64,000 bases of DNA, from the NCBI GenBank assembly GCA_964016885.1, contig OZ024745.1:77934001-77998000 (forward strand). The letters run 5' to 3'. The position numbers and the translations under genes were made by a program. Positions 39,479 through 53,000 of the stretch are shown piece by piece (within the stretch, counting starts at the first letter, position 1; every line of letters begins with the position of its first letter). Origin of the DNA: Eledone cirrhosa (lineage: Eukaryota). The notes below the pieces were generated by a model. That model worked only from the letters and a program-made list of their open reading frames with translations. It did no database searches and had not been told where the DNA came from.

Positions 39479-39637
39479 CAGACCTGCCAACTCTCCCCGT
39501 CCGATGGGGAGATCTCTCACCTACTTTGGCGTGAGGGAGAGATGCTTTCTTTTGTGAAAATGGGTATAGCTTCCATTATGTAAAATCTCCCCGTTTTGGG
39601 GCACTTCTTTTGGGTTTTTAGAGGTTGACAGGTAGTG
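39479..39637. mobile_element. hAT-like MITE
   Basis: Termini cagacctgccaac / gttgacaggt; homologous, in reverse orientation, to 56692-56885. Confidence 0.7.
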
Positions 39638-40559
39638 ATTTTAATTTGTGTACCTAATATAGTGTGTAAATTTATTGATTAAGCTTATGGGATATGTTTG
39701 ATGAGTTTATTGAAATTATGTCAATATAGATTTCAAAGCCGGTAGCACATTAGAAAGTCAATTAAAGATGTATGAAAATTGTATATGCGAAAACTTTCTT
39801 GGTCAATTAGTGAGGGATCACAGACTTGGCTGCAATTGTAATGAAAAGCTAGACAAAATAGACAAAGATATGGCTATTGTATGTTTATTTATTCATAACG
39901 TACGCTGAATTGTTGGTGTGTTCTAGTAATTATACTGTTACTTTAACCATCTGGCTGACCATTCGACCGTTTAAGCATTTGCTTCAAGTAATGGTAGACT
40001 GTTTTCTCCGCTGGTGAATTTCTCCGAGATTTTGATACATTTTTGTGAGCATTCTTTAGCAAAACTTAATAGCAACCCTTACATAAAGGACGAGATATCC
40101 ATTGGAGAATTTTCCTCCACGAAACTACCCTGGAACGGGCCAAAACGCCTGGAATCGTGAGGCGGCCAGAGTGCATTGGCTCCCATTTGCTTATAATAAT
40201 GAGAGATGTGAAGAGCGAGAGATGTGGAGGCAGTGACAATGGGAATTTGATTGCATTAAGTTCAGACCTAATATATATGTATATATTTATTTACCGCACC
40301 TCATATACATGTGCTAGATATGTGTTAATTTTTCAGGTACGAGAATCAATCAAAATTCCAAACCCGGGGAGGCTGTAAGTACACAGAAAGATACACCATT
40401 TCTTTTCTATCTCGTTTCTTTTCATCAGTCAACCTCAAGTATTTCATCATTTTTATACTTTGATGTTCCTCTATCAACCCTTTGATAGCTTTATGTGTAT
40501 CAAATGAAACAACACAGTTTTCACTAAATAGCTGTCTGGTGTGTGACGAAAGAGAGGAT

Positions 40560-41560
40560 ATCTCGAGTTTATCAGGATTGAGGAAAGGACAGATTCAGGG
40601 TAATGAGCAATATTATTAGTGGCAGTCTTCAGCACTTTTGAAATGGTGGAAGTGTATGTGAAAGGTTGATAGATGGGTTGACTGTTTGCAGAATAGGATA
40701 CACGTTAATGCGTTTCCAGTGATCAGGTTATATTTCTCCGAAAAGAGATTCAAAGAGAAGGAAGGCTGAATAATTTGGTGAAGATAAAGATTAGCCATAC
40801 TGTTAGTACTGTGATACTATTAGTAAACTTAGTGGAGTGGAAAGGAATAGATTTGGAGATATATTTTGAGTTTGTAGTGTGGAGTTAGGTGATAAGTGCA
40901 CATGTAATGAGAAAGCTTTTTCCGTGCGATTATTGTCTATAGAACCATCATAATTGAGAAGTGAGGGGAAGCTGGTTTCTCGAAAGCTGGTAAAGATCCT
41001 TTTGACAAAAGTTTAGGTAATAATTTGGATCATGAGAATTGATTCAGTGATGTGCGATTCGCAAATAGATCTTTTGAATTTCAGATGATTGCGTTCAAGT
41101 GATTGCAATAGATTCCAACCTGTTTGCAGGAAGGTTAAGCTTCTTCAAGTGTTGTATTTGAAGAGGGACTTTCCTATGATGATGGTTTCATCCACCCACC
41201 GAGCTATATCAAATGAATCAAGGGGGAGTACATGCGCCACCAAGATAAGAAGATGGCATTAAACTAGTGGATCATCGAACAGTCATCTGACCTGAAGTGC
41301 AACAGATTCCAGGATATGAGAAAATGTTGGGCGTGTGATGCATACTTGGAAAATCTGCTAGGTGTAAAGATGGTGATAATTTAGTAGAGGCAATGTTTTG
41401 GGAAGCGAAGCGAAATCCAAGGTGCTTAGGATGTCATTATATTGGTCTGAGAAGCGCGTAGGGGAAGAAACCAATCAATGTAGAGTTATATTGACGGTTT
41501 TCTTATGACATGGGTGTGGAAACGAAATTTATATGCGTGTATAGCACAAACGATGCTTAC
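40560..41560 (-). mobile_element. Possible decayed LINE relic
   Basis: Composition and strand asymmetry only; no intact motif. Confidence 0.25.
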
Positions 41561-43030
41561 TTCAGGTGAGAGAATAAAGTATATCATTCATGCAGGAAGA
41601 AATATCATCGAAATTGTCGATGGTTAGAAGTATTGAGAGAGCAATTAAATATATTTAAAAGGATAAGGGGAAATATTTCGAAGCAGGGTAAAATTTCGTA
41701 CTGTTGATAACCAGGCAAGAGAATTATTTAAGCTACAGGTAAAAGAGTTACTGAGACAATACTGTACCAAAATATGTTTTTTTTTTGTTGTTGGAAAATT
41801 TCTAATCAACTCTAGTGAGAGAATGTTGCTTTTGTGTTTGGGTCTGTTTTGCATTGTACTATGAGTGTACTATGAATTTAAAATAGCTGTAAGAAAACTA
41901 ATATAAAATTTCGATTAAACATTCTTGTACTCTGTAATGTCATTTATAATCCGATGATTTTGAGCAGTAAGATATCCTTGTATTCCAAAGAAATATTTCA
42001 TGCTCTTAAATGCCAAGCAATTATTATGTACGACTGGCATTTTATGCCACCATTTACACATGTTTGTTAATTAGTGCTCTGCCGGTATTTCTAGAAATGT
42101 ATCCACTATAATAGGAGTGACAATTCTACATTTACCGCCAGTGGAAATTTATTTAGACTTAATTAAGTAAAGCATCATTGAAAACATATTTGACTCTTTA
42201 ATAGACTGTTCAGCAGACATAATTATGTGTCGGAAGACTTTTTTGAAATGTCATTTCGGATTACTTGTGAAACGAGACGTCTCAGACGTATCTCAAGACT
42301 TAAATAATTTCATTATTTGAAGCTTTTTCCTTTTTTTTTCTATAGATGTCGGGCATCTTCTTTCAGTGAATATTCTACGAAAAATAGCGAATTGCCTAGA
42401 GTTATAGAAATTAAACCTTAGCAGAGTATAAACTAAATGACATTGAAACCCTGCCAACGCTTGATGCGTATTGTTGCGCACAATGATATATATATATATA
42501 TATATACGCCCTCTCTCACCCCTCTATCTCTCCCCTTCTCTCTCCTCCTCTCTCTCTCTCTCCCTTTATATATATATAAAGATATATATCTATCTCTCTA
42601 TATATATAAAGATAGAGAGGGAGAGGGAGAGAGAGGGGGAGAGAGAGAGAAGGAGAGAGAGAGAACGTATTCAATACAAGTTGTTGAGTATGGTTATTAA
42701 ATTTCTTAGTCGATACCATTTGTATCTCTACTCGAACATTTCAGGAATTGTCGTTCCATAGATATACGTATTATTCTTCTAGAGAGAAAATATTAAACAA
42801 ATCCAAGCTGGTGCCATCTCGTATCTACTTCATTCGCCAACAGAGGTCACGTTTACTCCACGTATGTGAGAGAGGTACGAGTTAAGGATAATAATTTACG
42901 ATCTAAAAACTCATTAATGTTACTTAGCTACGTTGTTGGAAGTATATTTTCAAATCAAACACCATCAAATTATTTTTGAGCGGCAAATTTCACAATTTCA
43001 ACCTCAAGTATCAATTACATACTCAACTGT

Positions 43031-43480
43031 TTGGACGCTGCAGGCTTCCCTTCCCAGCTCGAGCCGGTGGGGCTGGATCGAGGGGACGGCAAAAGGCCAG
43101 ATGGCACGACCATCTTCCCGTTCCGCGGTGGCAAACCCCTCGTCTGGGATGCCACTTGCACCGACACTTTCTGCAGCCGCAACCTGGTTCAGTCTGCGAC
43201 TGATCCAGGTTCTGCTGCAGGTCGGGCTGTGGGGGCCAAACTCCTCAAATACCGGTCGCTCTCCGACAGGTTTGCGGTCGTACCCCTGGCAGTAGAGACT
43301 TCTGGTGTCCTCGGCCCCAGGGCTACCTCCTTACTCACCACCATAGGCGCTGAGCTGGCCAGCCGCAGGTGTGAGCCCCGCGAGTTGGAATGGCTTTTCC
43401 AGCGCGTCTCCCTTGCCGTCCTCCGGGGAAACGCTTTCTCCATTCTGTCCGCCGGGGCTGTGTGTGGGCCCAATCGCGTA
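43031..43480 (+). mobile_element. CRE-like 3' fragment (RLE)
   Basis: High identity to 2408-2840; KRPDG, WDATC, AVETSG. Confidence 0.9.
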
Positions 43481-45094
43481 CCGTTGTAGTTGTTGTATAC
43501 AGATATTAACTCATCAATCCCATTGTCCTAATCCATAAACGTAGATATGCCGACAAAATAACTGTTTTGTTGGAAGGGAAAGCAAGTTAATCGGTGATAA
43601 CTCTTTTCTTTTTATTTAAATTAAAATATCCAGACACACAACACAGACGTATGTTTTGAGTTTGAAATTTCGCAACGTCAACCCTGAATATTGTTTACAT
43701 GTTCATCCGTTTTGTAATTTGAATAACACTGGCATGGGAATACATTTGAAAGATTTCGTTTTAAAAGTTTGCATGTAAACAAAAAGAGATGTTTCTTCTC
43801 TAATATACAAGTTGTTTACGAGCAAAATATTGCGCTTATTACACAAATTGCTGTCAGTATCACTAATATTATGTGATTTTGCTTTTGTGGCTTTGCTCCA
43901 TCTTAATGTGAGATTGATTTCTCCTTCATCTTTTAGACAGAACTACTAAGGCAAATTTTATTAGGTGTTTCATAATTTCTTTCGGGCCTTCTTCAAAATG
44001 TGACTGTCCATCTTCAATATACGTAAGCATTTTCTGTGATCCCAGAAAATTATCCGAGTCATTTATGATGCACCTCCTGCAAACCCTTTTGCATAGGCTT
44101 TGCTTTTAAATATCAAATATATTTAGGTTATGAAGTAGAATTGCTTTTGTTTCTATACTTGAATTATATTTGTGTATACCTTCGGGCAGGCAACTAGCGT
44201 TACCTTTTGAAAATGACTTTACCTCGGCAGTTCTGCACCTTGTGTCTTTAATATAAATGTTTCTGAAACACTTACGCATACACTAATATTTCATGTTGGT
44301 ATCATTTTTCATTTTATAATATAAATTTAGGACGAACAAATTACTTTCGTTAATATACACACTCGCCAATTTGTTTTTAGCGTATTATGCAAAGACCGAA
44401 AGATGCAGAAGATATTATTAGAATCTATTATAACTAAAACAGATGTCTACTCACTGAATACTACGGGATTTGTTGAATGTATAAAGACTGTGATACAGAA
44501 TAAATTAACGTTTACAAGAAAAAAAATAAAATGTTGCAGTCTCATGAATGTTGTAAGTGTATTGTAAAAGTATGCATAGGTTTAAATAAGATCTAACACA
44601 TCATTGACGTCACTCGACGCCCATTAAAATATTTTTCCTCGACCACTGATGATGGCTTCTCATATCGCTGGCAAAGAAATATCTTTTTGAATAGGTTATT
44701 CTATTGCAGTTACGTATTTCCTTTATTGAAGCGCAGTGATCAGCAGATTACATCCCGTTTACACTTTTAGTTTAATTTCCTCCAAGGATAACTAGTAATG
44801 TAGAGTGTTCGATTTCATCGACTATACCCCCAATCCCATCCTCCAAAATTAAGTTACCCTGTGCTTATATGAGAAATATTATTACTTATATACTCGATAA
44901 AACTAAGTACAAATAACATTATTCCATACTAAACCAGAGACTCGATAACGGGATTCTTGTACTACAATAGAATGGAAACAGAGTTTTGTAAGAAATGTAT
45001 ACTATGAATAGTTTCCTACGTCTTTCACATACATTTGCGCTGCCGATTCCGAGAAAGGAAGGAAAAGAAAAATTGGCCGAGTACTTGATTGGTG

Positions 45095-45368
45095 TGGAGG
45101 TGCGTGGCCTAGTGGTACAGGTGTTGGATTTATGATCATAATGTTGTGGGTTTAATTCCTGGGCTGGGTTGCGTGTTGCGTTCTTGAGCAAAACACTCCA
45201 TTTCACATTGCTCCAGTATACTCAGCTAAAAATGAGTACCAGCAATAGCTGGGGGTTTAACCTTGAGATGAACTGGCATCCAGGGGGGTGTCTTATACTC
45301 TCAGTCGCTTCAATAAACACCAACCTAACGAGCCTTCTGGCTTAAGACAGACTTTAGACTTTAGACTA
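45095..45368 (+). mobile_element. tRNA-derived SINE, second family
   Basis: A-box tggcctagtgg, B-box-like ggtttaattcc, core ttcttgagcaaaacact, (gacttta)n tail; related copy at 55015-55155. Confidence 0.75.
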
Positions 45369-46062
45369 GATTGGTACATTATTCTATCCATCTTGGAATG
45401 ATAAAGGCAAATCTCTCAGCGGGATTCGAACAAAAAATCGAAGAACCAGAAGAAACATCCCAAATATTTGACCGACGTTCGAACAATTATGCCAATCGAA
45501 CATCTCTGCGACTAATATACTGAAGTAATACCACTAAGCTGCACTCATCTACAGCAATAGTTGTCAGTGTGTCGAGTTCAAATAAATAATTATTTTACAT
45601 AAGACGGAAAATCGTAATACATAGTTTTCACTTCTTTAGATGAAATGAACGAAGTCCTATGAAAATATAGAAAGGTAGAAAGTCAAACAAACTGATCATA
45701 TATCTTAATATGCTATAGGTTAAAACAAAAGTCTAGGCATGTTCGGGCGCATTGCATAAGTCGAGTCACATGTTACCCTATACCTTGTTAGTTGAATTTG
45801 GCAGATAGGAAGTATGTAAAATCTCGTTATGTATATATTTACTCACATGCACACATATATATATATATATATATATATTCACCGCCTGTGTGTGTATATA
45901 TATATATATGATTGGTGTCGTTTATTTAGCTACTATTTCTACATAGGTGCCTTTAAATCTTATAGCCTGGTCTAATTGATTTTGTGTGTGGTTAATTATG
46001 CTAATTGGGAGAGGAAATGGTGTATATATATTATCAAATGATTCTATGGACATAATTTATAG

Positions 46063-46325
<263 letters not shown>

Positions 46326-46760
46326 CGATTTTTCCTCTGTGTTTATTTTTCACTTCAATTCTCTCACTTTCTCTATCCTTCTCTGGAGGTAATTTGTTGC
46401 ATTCAGACCTGGAGATGTTTAAAAATGCCCCTACGATTTCCTCGGGAATTAAACAATGGTTTTACGAAGTTTTGAAGAAATTTTAATTTTCAAAGTACGT
46501 TTATTTATTGTAAGCAGCAGTAGTACAGTTTTAACTATAAAATTATCAAACAAGTAAGAGTATTTCTCAATTAACTTCATATCCTCTTGGTTTTAGAGGA
46601 AGAGTTTGGTGTGTAGCCGATTAAACCGAACGTTTTACATGAATGCTCGTTATCTCTGCGATGAGTTTACTTTTCTGGCGATGAACGGCAATTAGTCATG
46701 GAACCATGCGATTTATTAGCAGTCATTATGCTTACATTAAATTTATCTATTTGTCTTATG

Positions 46761-46831
<71 letters not shown>

Positions 46832-48287
46832 CTGTGTATGTGTATGTGTGTGGGGGTATTTATTCATTAAATCCTTAAATCTCATTAAGAATTACGTGTG
46901 TTCCTGCACGTACATGCTAGTTCCCTTTTAAAACTGGAGTATTTGTGTTGAAATACGCGTTATAAGCATCATAGCGACCTAAAATGTGTTAAGTAGTTTC
47001 ATATTTTAACACGTCAAGTTTCTTATCGTTCTAGCTATCACGAAACACAAAACCTTATCATAGCTAGTAATTGCTGTTGACTTGAATAACTTTCATAAAT
47101 TACATTAACTCTAAAGAGAAAGAAAGGAAATATCTTTTATCTTGTATGTTTGACATCTTCTTGAATATATTTAGGGCTCTTATTCCTCGAAATTAAGAGA
47201 AATACTGTTAATATTTGCGATAATACAGTAACAGCAATGTTATCGACGAAGGCTGTATAAGTCTTCCGAACAGAAACAAGGAAAACATCCTCTGATTATA
47301 GATCTACTTAATAAGAACTGACTTTGGCTGAACAACAAGGGTAGCAAGAATAGCATTAGCAATAGCGATAATAACGTCTACACTAATAGCAACGAGATCT
47401 ATATAAAAATGGGTGACAGGCACAACAATACATTCAGCACTAAAAATAGTAGTATACACATTGATAAAGTTTCCTTTTCCTGTGGACATGATGGGTGGGG
47501 TATTTTTATGAAGGAAACCTGGGTTGCTAAGTAAACAAATCCTAATAAGTATATGTATTCTTCTTTATATCTTTACTGGTGATTTGGGGTTTTAAATATG
47601 CGTGAAATGAGAAAGGAGTTCCTAGAAAGTAGTAATGCCCTATATGATCTCAGGTCACTTGCTGTAGATATGCTATCCATTTACTAGATTAGGAATACCA
47701 GCTTACGACACAGAAGCACGAGTCTAGAAGCATTATTGGACTCGTCCTACTCATAATGTTCAGTGGGATATAGAATGGTAACTCTTCTTCATGTTGTTCG
47801 TTTGTGGAATTAGCAGATAGAGAGTGAATACTCTATTTACACTCCATTGAAATATTGCCTCAGGTATCGATTTGGTTTCTGAAATTCATCAACAAAGACG
47901 TGTAAAAATTCGAGAGAATCATCCAATTTGTATAGAATATTCATTTGGAAAGTCTTGTCTGTAGTTTGGGAAGGCAGTGTAGTATAGAAATATTCCTGTC
48001 CCTATTCATGAAGCCACAGGTCCAAATAAATATTGCCTGAGAATGGATGCATGCCATGAACAGCTTTTATTGACCCGCTCCCATAGCCTTCAACTATTTG
48101 AATAATACGATCGCTGGACTCTCTATCCCTGTATTAGATATGTTTATGTTATAATCTAAGATATCTTAAAGAATACTCTGTGCGTCAATGAAAATATTTA
48201 CTTGATACATAGACAAGATCACAGTGTTCTCACAGATGTATAGCTTGTCAAATTGTATCTAAAGGCTGGTTATTATTATTATTATTG

Positions 48288-48675
48288 AAGGGCGGTGGGC
48301 GGTGGATTGGCAGTATCGGTACAGGGTCGGACGCCATGCTTTGCAGCATAGAGTTACGGCTCTTTATGATCTGAGCTCAAATCCCGCCGAGGTTAACTTT
48401 GCCTTTCATCCTTACGGGGTCGATAAAATAAAGTACCAGTAATGCACTGGGATATAATTGCTGGCCTTGTGCCAACAGTAGAAACAATTATTATTATTAT
48501 TATTGAAAGTTGACGCCATGCTTTGTAGCATAGAGTTATGGTCCTTTATGGTCTGAGTTCAAATCCCCTCGAGGTTAACTTTGCCTTTCATCCTTACGAG
48601 TTCGATAAAATAAAATATTAGTAATGTACTGGGATAATTGCTGGCCTTGTGCCAAAAGTGGAAACAATTATTATT
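48288..48675 (+). mobile_element. Two tandem tRNA-derived SINE copies (one full-length, one 5'-truncated)
   Basis: 48288-48500 and 48510-48675; (ATT)n tails. Confidence 0.88.
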
Positions 48676-48835
48676 GTGATTGATTTTAATCTTGGGTCAG
48701 TTCTGATCGAGCAGACATATTATCGAAGACAATCATAGTTGTTGTTATACTATATTGTTCATTGACTCGCTGGCGAGGGTTTAGTATTACGTGTCAGCTT
48801 GAATCCGAACATCATTTAGATTCATTGTAAAAGTC

Positions 48836-48909
48836 ACTCAGCTATATTCCTTTGGAGAGACTCAGCTATAGTCCTTTGGAGAGACTCAGCTATATTCCTT
48901 TGGAGAGAC
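48836..48909. repeat. 24-bp tandem repeat x3
   Basis: actcagctatattcctttggagag. Confidence 0.9.
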
Positions 48910-49169
48910 AAAAAGTTTTTCTTTGTCTGTTCATTATGGTATGAGAGGTAACAGCAGCAGTTACCAATCAAACAGTTATGACCTCTTTATGTACTACTTG
49001 TATCAGAAGTAAAAATACTACACGCATTTTATATCAACGGAATGAGAGTTGTGTTTTCTTACGAATGAAAGAAAAGATTATTTAGTTTCGTATGAGGACA
49101 TGGTACATACATTTGAAGCAAGCATTAATAGGGTTTTGGATTGCCCTATTCCCCTTGAATGTTTGTTAA

Positions 49170-49905
49170 ACGAATGGAAGAAAAGTTCATAGGCCGACCA
49201 AGATGGAATGTAAACAAATGAGGTTTATTTTTCAACATAGTTCCCTCTTGTGGTCCACACACTTCTTCTATCGGTATTGCAGGGCTTGGATCTCATTATG
49301 GAAGAAACTTGCATCCTGTTGGTCAATAAAGACATCAACAGCATATATGACGTCATCATCACTGCAATACTGGTTCCCAGCTAAGTGTTTTTTTTTTCAT
49401 GTTAAGGAACAGATGATATCCAGATGAGGCCAAATCAGGAGAATATGGAGAGTGACCAACCGGTTTAAAGCCACACTCACGCACAACAAAGGGTGCGTGT
49501 GCTGGAGTATTGCCCTAATAAAACAAGACCCTTTTTGTCAGTTTTCATGGGTGTTTGGTCTTGATATCCTTTCGTAACTTCTCCAGAAAGTTGGCATAGG
49601 ACTCTCCATTGATGGTGTGGCCATTTTGAAGATAGTCAATGAACACAATGCAATTTGCATTAAAAGAAAAACTGAGGCATCGCCTTCTATGCAGTTGAAA
49701 TGGCATTGGCCTTCTTCGGAGGAAGTGAGCAGGAATTGCCAATGCATCGATTGTCGCTTTGTCTCTGGCTTAAAGTGATGAACGCAACACTCATCCTGGC
49801 TTACGAAATACAACATCAGATTTTTCTGTGATGTAATCAGCGTGGTGCGCCTTTGATCAGGTGCTAAAAGACCCGAGCGCCACCGAGCAGAAACTTTCGT
49901 CATGC
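49170..49905 (-). mobile_element. Decayed mariner transposase with one TIR
   Basis: MTKVSARW..FVSQDECCVHHFKPETKRQSMHW; IVFIDYLQNGHTINGESYANFL; TIR aaaagttcataggccgacc. Confidence 0.85.
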
Positions 49906-49971
49906 CAAATACAGATGCCTATACAGTACGATTGTACTGAGTATCTTTTTTAACTACTCTAGTCATCTAGA

Positions 49972-50077
<106 letters not shown>

Positions 50078-50087
50078 CAGAGAGATA

Positions 50088-53000
50088 TGTTTCTTTTATT
50101 TGCCACCAGGGCATCAAAAGTGGGACAAGTACAAAGGGAGGAGTTTACACAAAAAGGCGTCCTCAATAAGGAGGAGGCAATAACAAAGTATAAAAATAAA
50201 ATAAAATATAACAAAAAATAAAATTTATAACAAAATCCTTAATAGAGAGGAGGCGCCTTGGGGGGTCGCACACACCCCCGAAAAAGTGTGCAACCCTTAT
50301 CCTCAGGAGCACAGAGAGGGGGTGCTCCCTCGTTCCTTCCTCCTTTCCACCTACAGGCTTATGTAAAGAGAAGGCCCATTCACACGGGCCATTCTCGCCA
50401 CTTTCATCCACCTTTCATAGAAACGACTGGGGTGGAGCACCTCTCTCTCCATCCTGATCCTTCTTCCGAAATGATATCGGAAGAAACGGACCAGTTGTTG
50501 GCCAGAGAGAAAGGTGCCTGACCTCAGTCCTTTCAGACGCGTCCACCATACAACTTCTTTCACCATGGCTATTACGCACAGAAACACCGCCTCTCCTTCA
50601 TCTTTGAAGGGGGGAGGCGGCTTGATCATTACAATAGACTCGGTGGTCAACCGGATTGGTCCCACCCTTGACAGCAGTTGTTCGACATAGCCCCACAGAT
50701 CGGCTACGCCCGAGCAGTGTACCAATGCGTGTGCAACGGTTTCCTCGTCGCACACGCATCTGGGACAGATCTTTTTGGCGGGGTCCCTACCCGGGCGCCC
50801 GTGTCTGTAGAGCTTTTCTCGAAAGGGTAGAGCCCCTCGGTAGCACTGCCAGGCCAGGGACTTCTGGAAGTTGTCCATAGGTCCTGGGCCGAATGTCCTA
50901 CCGAACAGGCTGGCCAGTTCGTCCTCCTCCATGTCTAGGGCTTCTCCGAGGGCGCCGTCGCACCTGCTGCGTACCAGCCCTCTATAGAATGTTGCGGTGG
51001 AGTCTCCACTGACAACCGGATCCGCCTGCCAGAGGGCGGTGAGCGTCTGGGCACACTCAGTGTGCCAGGCGCCCAGTTTTCTCGGTCTTTGCTTGACCCA
51101 GGATTGCAGCTCGGTGAGTGAGACGAGTCTGGGAAAGGTTCGTCTCACAAACGAGGCCCACACCGGTTGACCGGTGAGGAATACGTAGAGGTGCCGTAGC
51201 CTTAATGCGTGTTTACGCATCATTAGCCACGGCATCCCCAGCCCTCCTTTCGAAGGGTGTTGACAGCAGATGGATCTCCTCACCATAGGAGCCCGCCTCT
51301 TCCAAAGGAATTGGAAGAGCGCGCGCTCCATCTTGGTGAGGGTTTCCCTTGGGCAGGGCACTACGGTCAGGCGGTAGTAGATGACGGACGCTATGTAGGT
51401 GTTCGCCACCTCCGCCCGACCTTTCAGGGATAGTTTGCAACTGGCCCACTTCTGGGTCAGTGCAAACACCCTGTTCGTAACCTCCGCCCAGTTTTTCTCC
51501 ACCTGGAGGTCCGGTCCGAACCAGACCCCGAGCAACTTCACCGGGCCCTCCGTCCAGCGTCCGACGACGCCATCGGAGGGCATCGGTCTGCCCCTCCACG
51601 TGCCGAGTTGCAAACCGATCGACTTGTCCCGGTTCAGCTTAGCCCCTGTGAACCTTTCGTACTCCTCCAGTAAGGTGCCGACCGCCTCGATTTCGGAGGA
51701 TGTCGACACCATTACTGTCACGTCATCGGCGTAGGCCGACACCGCTTTCTGCAATCCCGGTTCCAAAGGGATGCCCTGCAACAACTCCAACTTCCGCAGT
51801 AGTGGCTCGAGAGTCAACACATACAGAAGGGAGGAGAGAGGGCACCCTTGTCGGATGGACCGCGCGATTTTGAACGGCTCCGAGAGGTAGCCGTTCACCT
51901 TGACCCTAGAGCAGATGCGGCTGCTGTGCATAGCAGTGATCCAGCCCCTGAAAACGGGTCCGAAGCCTGCCGCCGCTAACACCGCATCCAGGTAACCATG
52001 GTCGACCCTATCGAACGCCTTAGATTGATCCAAGTTGATCAGAGCCCCACCAAAGCCGGGTTCGTTCCCAACCCTCTCTATGATGTATCGCATGAGGTGG
52101 AGGTTGTCATGGATGGACCTGGACGGGATAGCGCATGTCTGCGCATCTCCCACCAGGTTGCCCACGACAAGCGCCAACCTCTTTGCTAGCACCTTGGCCA
52201 AAATCTGTAACTCTGTATTTAGCAGAGTTATGGGCCTGAAGTTACTTATTTCGTCCCCCTTGTTCTCGTCCTTCCTCACTAGCGTGACTACGCCCTTGGT
52301 CACAGAACAGGGAATTATCCCGTTCTGTTGCCAATTGCAGTAGACCGCCTCGAGGAGATCGGGGAACAAGTCCGGCATAGCTAGATATAATTCGTAAGGA
52401 AGACCATCGAGACCCGGGGATTTGCGTTTGCCGCATTGGCCCAGCACGTCCTCTATCTCAGCGGCCGAAATCGGCTCCTCGCAGGACTTCGCCTCCCTGT
52501 CCGAGAGACGCGGCAGGCCGTCGAGGTATGGACCGAAGTCCACGTTCCCAACCGGCTCCCCGCCCCTCCCGAACAGTCGGGCAAAGTGCCTTTGAAAGGC
52601 CTCACACATCTGCCTGGGCTCAAGAATCGCCAGTCCATCCAGGTCTCGCAAAGACCGGATAGTGGATTTAGTTCCACTGTTGGCCTCTGTCACGCGGGCC
52701 CAGCTAACACCTTTGGTCCCCTCGTTCCCTAGAGCACGTATTTTACTTCGGACAACGCAGCCTTCGTGCTTCGCGTCGAAAAACTGGCTCAAAGCCGTTC
52801 TCGACGCTAGCACTCTGGCCACGTCGCCGCTTCTAATTGCCTCTACTACTCTATCTATTAGCTCCCTTTCCTTCCTATTCCTATCCGCAGCTAGAACCTT
52901 ACTAAATTCTATCGAGACTACTCTAATCTCTCTCTTTAGAGATACCAAAAACCTGCTGTTGACGATCGCTCCAGTCAATCGTTCCTTAACTAAGGTACTA

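Noticed and set aside
44645-44700. CTGATGA..GAAA as a hammerhead
   Set aside because: Stems I-III do not pair convincingly.
48288-48400. A/B-box heads as tRNA genes
   Set aside because: No complete cloverleaf; they continue into a SINE body with tails and TSDs.
48836-48909. Regular 24-bp repeats as a possible CRISPR array
   Set aside because: No spacers, no cas genes, eukaryotic context.
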